Assembly: GCA_038279365.1 (NCBI GenBank)
Contig: JAYODI010000012.1
Coordinates: 3,859-67,858 of the forward strand
Reading direction: 5' to 3'
DNA length: 64,000 nt
From: Candidatus Latescibacterota bacterium
GTDB lineage: Bacteria > Latescibacterota > UBA2968
Below the pieces are notes generated by a model. That model did not search any database and was not told the origin of the DNA. It saw only the letters and a list, made by a program, of their open reading frames with translations. Below, piece by piece: positions 59,228 to 64,000 of the stretch; positions within the stretch are counted from its first letter, which is position 1; every line of letters begins with the position of its first letter. Position numbers and translations under genes: made by a program.

Positions 59228-59920
59228 ATGAACAACAACCGAAAAATTCATGACCTCAAACGCGAGCTCTCTGGTCGCTATCACCTATCCGAAGAACGCC
59301 ACAACATTTGTGGGCGCAACCTCGCCATTACCTGTGTCGAAGATGCCGAAGCACTCTTTAGCAAAATGATCGTGGCCGACCCCAACAGCCTCGAAGTAAA
59401 AGACGAGCGCCTGCCTTACTGGGCTACACTTTGGGGGTCTGCGCTTGTTTTGGCCGATGCCATTTTAACAAACGACCTAATCACCCCAGGCGAACAAGCC
59501 CTCGAGTTGGGCTGTGGCCTCGGTCTTGCATCAGCCATTGCCGCACTCAAACGCGCCAAAGTTACGGTTTCTGATTACCAAGCCGATGCCCTTAAATTTG
59601 CACGCCTCAATTGCCTACAAATATCTGGGCAAGATCCCGAAACATTGTTGCTCGACTGGCGAGAGCCTCCCACAGAGAAACAATATCCCCTTCTCTTAGG
59701 TGCCGACTTGGTTTACGAATCGCGTTTTTTTGCCCCACTCATCAACACCTTTAACACCCTGCTCGCGCCCAATGGCCGAATCCTGTTTGGTGAACCCAAC
59801 AGAATGCTTGGCAAACCCTTCTTCGACAAACTCGAAGAAAACCACTGGACATTCACCCCGCTGTTAGAAAACGAAGACGGTACCGTGTATGAAATTAGGC
59901 GCATAGACGCACAGCCGTAG
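59228..59920 (+). CDS. Class I SAM-dependent methyltransferase (Methyltransf_16-like)
   Basis: PYWATLW, LELGCGLG, LDW, GADLVY. Confidence 0.88.
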   Translation: MNNNRKIHDLKRELSGRYHLSEERHNICGRNLAITCVEDAEALFSKMIVADPNSLEVKDERLPYWATLWGSALVLADAILTNDLITPGEQALELGCGLGLASAIAALKRAKVTVSDYQADALKFARLNCLQISGQDPETLLLDWREPPTEKQYPLLLGADLVYESRFFAPLINTFNTLLAPNGRILFGEPNRMLGKPFFDKLEENHWTFTPLLENEDGTVYEIRRIDAQP

Positions 59921-59959
59921 GCTACAACGAGCGTAGCGAGTAATAGACGAATAGGTTTT

Positions 59960-60030
59960 GATTCGTAGATTCGTAGATTCGTTCATTCATTCATTCGTTC
60001 ATTCGCTGATTCGCTGATTCGCTGATTCGC
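59960..60030. repeat. Octamer array (SATTCGYN) x9
   Basis: gattcgta x2, gattcgtt, cattcatt, cattcgtt, cattcgct, gattcgct x2, gattcgc. Confidence 0.9.
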
Positions 60031-60034
60031 GCCT

Positions 60035-60919
60035 TTAATAAAGATCCAACCCCGACGCATCCAACTCGCTGCGCAACGAAGCCAAACCCGCCTCATCCAA
60101 TGGCCGTGTTGGTTTAACAGGGTCACCACAGTCAATGCCTTGCCAACGCAAAATGGCACGCACACTGGCATGCCCACCATAGTTTTGACAAATGCGAATC
60201 AATTGGTTCACTTCACCTTGAAGTTTACGCCCTGTTTCTAAATCGCGGTTATGAACCGCCTCATAAATGCCCACAAAATGGGCTGGCATCAAATTGTAAA
60301 ATGTACCAATACCGGCCTGTGCGCCCATTGTAATTCCAGCCAATGCCACTTCATCGTGTCCATTAAACACATGGGGTTTGTGACGCCCATTTAGAATGCC
60401 TTCCATCAAATAGAGGTTGTGATTGGTAAATTTCAACCCAACCACCCCATCAATATCCAACATTGCCTCCACCTGATCCAAGGTAAACTCTTGATGGGTA
60501 ACCACTGGAATATAATAAACAAACAAAGACAAATGCTCAGCTAAAACGCGATAATAAGACAATATATCGGCAAACTTATACCCTTGCACATAAGGTGGCA
60601 AACTCGAAATGGCATCGGCACCCGCATCGGCGGCGTGTTTGGCCAGTTCCACAGCGTCGCGCTCAGAAGGCGCGCCCACATGCACCACCACGCGCCCATT
60701 GCCACGCGATGTTTTGACCGCAATTTCAGTGGCCAATTTGCGCTCAGCCAACGTCATCAAATACCCTTCACCCGTATTGCCCGCCACATAGACACCGTGT
60801 GATCCCTGTTCATAGATATGCCCAATCAACTTCTCAAATGCACTGGGGCTAAATTCACCCTTATCATCGCGTGGGCTCACCAACGCAGGATACATCCCAT
60901 TAAATCCGTCAAGCAACAT
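60035..60919 (-). CDS. DHDPS/N-acetylneuraminate lyase family aldolase
   Basis: GNTGE, VHVG, YYIP, GLKFT, NGHDE, IGTFYN; GGAGG RBS. Confidence 0.9.
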   Translation of the reverse strand: MLLDGFNGMYPALVSPRDDKGEFSPSAFEKLIGHIYEQGSHGVYVAGNTGEGYLMTLAERKLATEIAVKTSRGNGRVVVHVGAPSERDAVELAKHAADAGADAISSLPPYVQGYKFADILSYYRVLAEHLSLFVYYIPVVTHQEFTLDQVEAMLDIDGVVGLKFTNHNLYLMEGILNGRHKPHVFNGHDEVALAGITMGAQAGIGTFYNLMPAHFVGIYEAVHNRDLETGRKLQGEVNQLIRICQNYGGHASVRAILRWQGIDCGDPVKPTRPLDEAGLASLRSELDASGLDLY

Positions 60920-61270
60920 CCAAATCCTCCCGGTCAATAGTTTTTCGCTAAAATATCAGAGCCAGCCATTCAAGAATGGCCCCCTTCCACAATTCATCCA
61001 ATCATCTGCCCCCCCCGTCGGGCCAAACACCCCACAGATTGCTCAGAACAGCCGCAAAGGTATCGACATCACCACGCGTTGTCAATGCTCTTATGAGGGT
61101 GGTGTCAAAAAATTTTGGGCCACGCCAAAAATCTATAATGCCCAACAACCGCCATCGTTCCTCTAGCAGCTCAAGTAAAGTCTTATTTTGCCATTGTCCC
61201 ACCCCACCCCACAGTGTATCTTAGCATTCCTTTTTGCTTCAATTTTCATATCCAAAACGACAGTGACCTC

Positions 61271-62641
61271 ATGATGCACGCATCTCAAAAACTCGGCCTT
61301 TACTTGGGTCTACTCCTGCCCTTTACCATATTCCTCATACCAGGGCTGAACGGCCCGTCACAGGTGGCACTTGCCATAGCCGTCTTTGCCATTGTCTATT
61401 GGACCTTCGAACCCGTTCCCATTCCCTACACCGCAATTCTCATGCTCACGCTGTACCCCTTACTTAATGTATTGCCCTTCGAAACCACATTCAACGCATT
61501 TTCGGGCAAAGCCATTTGGCTTGTTTTTTCGGGCATGGCACTCAGTTTGGGCATCACCGAAACACCGCTTGGTTTGCGTATCTCCCACCTGATCTTAGAT
61601 CGGGTGCGATCATATCAACAACTCCTCTTTGGCTTGCACTTACTTGGCCTCATCATGGCCTTGCTCATCCCTTCAGGTGTTGTGCGCGTGCTCATTCTTA
61701 TGCCCATGGTCTTAAGCCTGCTCAAATCACTAGGGGAAAAGCCTGGGTCTAAAATCAGTGCCGCCTTTGTGCTTGCAGTGGTCTGTTCCACCTATTATGG
61801 TGGCGTAGGCATTCTCACCGCATCAGTGCCCAACCTCGTTTTGTTGGGTGTGCTCGAAGCCCACAACATCACTCTTTATTGGAGTCAATGGGCCTACTAT
61901 CTGTTTCCCGTCATTGGCCTGCTTCGCGTAGGTGTCGTTTATTTGCTCATTCGCTTTATTTTTCATACCACACAAGAACCCGACCTCTCCAAACCACCCA
62001 CTATTGGTGATGTGCCTCCCAATCTCACCACAGCCGAAAAAAAAGTGCTCGGTGTCTTACTCACAGGCATCCTTTTATGGGCCACAGATGCCATCCACGG
62101 GATACATCCTGTCTTCATAGGCCTCGGCATCGTTTTATTTATTTACTTACCCGTTTGGGGTCCCCTTCAATTTGAAACCATCAAAAAAGTCAATTTTCCA
62201 CTCCTCATCTATATTGCCGCCACATTCACCATGGGGTATGCCCTCGAACACACGGGCCTCAACAATCATCTCACAGCCATCTTTACGCCATTCCTTCAGC
62301 AAATCACATCGCCCATTACCCTCTTAGGGTGTGTCACCTATCTCGCGATTCCTTTCAACTTTCTCATGGATACGGCCGTTGTTGCTGGCGTGCTGACCCC
62401 ACTCATACTCGACCTTGCCACCGCTCTCAACTTGCCCCCACTCCCCTTAGCCCTCAGCCTCGGCATTGGCACGGGCATTGTCTCAATCCCATACCAAGGC
62501 GCACCCTTTGTCGTTGCCTACAGCTTTCGCCAAGTCACCATGAGCCAATTCATCCTTATTATGATGCTCATCACACTGATCTCACTCACCGTGCTGGTTC
62601 CCCTCAACCTTCTCTATTGGCACCTGATAGGGTTTGTCTAA
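61271..62641 (+). CDS. SLC13/DASS-family anion transporter
   Basis: WTFEPVP, IPSGVVR, TASVPN, LWATD..HG; multi-pass membrane protein. Confidence 0.85.
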   Translation: MMHASQKLGLYLGLLLPFTIFLIPGLNGPSQVALAIAVFAIVYWTFEPVPIPYTAILMLTLYPLLNVLPFETTFNAFSGKAIWLVFSGMALSLGITETPLGLRISHLILDRVRSYQQLLFGLHLLGLIMALLIPSGVVRVLILMPMVLSLLKSLGEKPGSKISAAFVLAVVCSTYYGGVGILTASVPNLVLLGVLEAHNITLYWSQWAYYLFPVIGLLRVGVVYLLIRFIFHTTQEPDLSKPPTIGDVPPNLTTAEKKVLGVLLTGILLWATDAIHGIHPVFIGLGIVLFIYLPVWGPLQFETIKKVNFPLLIYIAATFTMGYALEHTGLNNHLTAIFTPFLQQITSPITLLGCVTYLAIPFNFLMDTAVVAGVLTPLILDLATALNLPPLPLALSLGIGTGIVSIPYQGAPFVVAYSFRQVTMSQFILIMMLITLISLTVLVPLNLLYWHLIGFV

Positions 62642-62819
62642 AAGCAGTGAAACGGCCAAAATGTGAAACGGCAAATGTGAAACGGCAAAAGTAAAATCTT
62701 AAAATCTGTAAAACAAAACCCCAATATATCGCGCAATTAAATAACATTGTTGATTCGTCTGCCGTTTGCCATTTGCCGTTTGCCGTCTGCCATTTGCCAT
62801 TTGCCATTTGCCATTTGCC
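62639..62819. repeat. Inverted heptamer element, long copy
   Basis: TAAAAGCAGTGAAACGGC-(AAATGTG/AAACGGC)n, AT-rich spacer of about 65 nt, then (GCCRTYT)x8. Confidence 0.9.
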
Positions 62820-62906
62820 CTCTCTTTCCCCCTTGACAATCCCCCCCCGATACACTTTACTATTCACACGGTTCTCATTCAACGTATATCTTGTAGGAGC
62901 AAACGC

Positions 62907-64000
62907 ATGTCTCAATCTATTGCAGGTGAAAAAGCATTGGCCTGGGGGGCCATAGAAGCGGGTGTTCATTTGGTAACGGGGTATCCCGGCTCTCCCGGAA
63001 CCAACACTTTTATCAACTTGGCCGAAGCAGCCAAAGACCACGGCCACCACGCCGAATGGTGCCTCAACGAACGCATCGCTCTCGATATGGCCGCAGGGTC
63101 TTCGCAAGCTGGCAAACGCGCCCTTGTATGCCTCAAAAGTGTGGGCATGAACGTTGCGCTTGATACGCTCATGGTCTTAAACATGACGGGCGTCAATGCG
63201 GGCCTCGTCATCGTTATGGGTGATGACCCAGGTGCTTGGGGTTCTCAAAATGAGCAAGACACACGCCCACTTGGCCCATTGGCCGAAGTGCCCATGCTCG
63301 AACCTGCCACCCCGTCAGAAGGCCGTGCCATGATGCGCTGGGCCTTTGACTACTCCGAATCCCTCCAATCGGTTGTCATCTTGCGCATTACACGCAGCTA
63401 CAGCACAAGCACCGAAGAGCTCCCACCTCTTAATGCACCCGCTTCAAAACCCACCAAACCCGCCGACCGAGAGCCATTAAGTTGGATTTCGGCCCTGCGC
63501 ACAACAGAAGCCAACCACACCCAACTTCACAAAAAACTCGCCAAAGCCACACAAGACTTTAGCGAGTCCACATTCAATCGGGTCAATGGTTCTGGAAAAA
63601 AAGGCATCATTGCAGCGGGTATGGTACACACAAAACTGATGGATGCGCTCAAAGGGGCCGACATTTCAAGCCTCGCTATTCTCAAACTCAGTGCCATATA
63701 TCCCCTCCCCCAAGACCTCATTGCCACCTTTATGGCCCAATGTGATGAAATTCTCGTCTTAGAAGAAGTAGACCCCTATGTTGAAGACAACATCAAAGCC
63801 ATTGGTTATGATACAGGCAACACCCCCACCATCATCGGCAAACGCACAGGGCATGTTGCCAGTGTGGGGGAATTGTTCCGCTGGCAAATCCAAAAAGCGC
63901 TCGATACCTTTTTACCCGGCTTTTCACCTGAAACACGTTACACACAAGAAAATTGGGAAAGTGAAAAACCCTTTCGCAAAAACCATTGCGCGGGTTGTCC
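62907..64000 (+). CDS. iorA: Indolepyruvate:ferredoxin oxidoreductase alpha subunit (5' part, runs off the window)
   Basis: Not in the ORF track. AGGAG RBS, MSQSIAGEKALAWGAIEAGVHLVTGYPGSP, NERIA, KSVGMNVALD, DDPGAWGSQNEQD, ending at HCAGC. Confidence 0.9.
   Translation, partial: MSQSIAGEKALAWGAIEAGVHLVTGYPGSPGTNTFINLAEAAKDHGHHAEWCLNERIALDMAAGSSQAGKRALVCLKSVGMNVALDTLMVLNMTGVNAGLVIVMGDDPGAWGSQNEQDTRPLGPLAEVPMLEPATPSEGRAMMRWAFDYSESLQSVVILRITRSYSTSTEELPPLNAPASKPTKPADREPLSWISALRTTEANHTQLHKKLAKATQDFSESTFNRVNGSGKKGIIAAGMVHTKLMDALKGADISSLAILKLSAIYPLPQDLIATFMAQCDEILVLEEVDPYVEDNIKAIGYDTGNTPTIIGKRTGHVASVGELFRWQIQKALDTFLPGFSPETRYTQENWESEKPFRKNHCAGC

Noticed and set aside
61067-61107. Stem-loop GACATCACC/GGTGGTGTC containing CTCTTAT, considered as a SAM-I riboswitch
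   Set aside because: The remaining conserved core elements are not in place and the flanking genes do not fit.
62761-62819. Tandem arrays as a CRISPR array
   Set aside because: Units are 7-8 nt with no unique spacers, and no cas genes are present.
62604-63107. 167-aa minus-strand ORF with ANGKWQ repeats
   Set aside because: It is the translation of the heptamer array and lies antisense to iorA.

Overview
Bacterial chromosomal window of moderate GC, with a consistently C/A-rich + strand. A dockerin-like DFxDFL module and an RpoD-type sigma factor lacking region 1.1 tentatively suggest an FCB-related lineage such as Ca. Latescibacterota. Positions 1-22.7 kb form a phosphate-starvation island: pstS/pstC, a porin, a TonB-dependent receptor with a dockerin-like partner, ppk1, acr3-arsR-arsC, phoR, three PhoB-like regulators, a lone receiver, PhoU and a Na/Pi symporter. 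Six of its promoters carry 11-bp-periodic Pho-box arrays. Next come a cNMP/TPR/PHP operon, a Tat-exported PaoABC-type molybdoenzyme operon, and a long sugar-acid catabolic region (32-53 kb) that includes a plant-type galacturonokinase, a nucleotidyltransferase and a triple-RidA protein. The right end holds an RNB nuclease, a selenocysteine peroxiredoxin split by the ORF track, a sigma factor, NanA-like and DASS genes, and the 5' part of iorA. Several intergenic gaps contain 7-8-bp tandem arrays, some as inverted pairs starting at stop codons. I saw no rRNA, tRNA, CRISPR array or transposase. All family calls rest on motifs recognised by eye; no searches were run.
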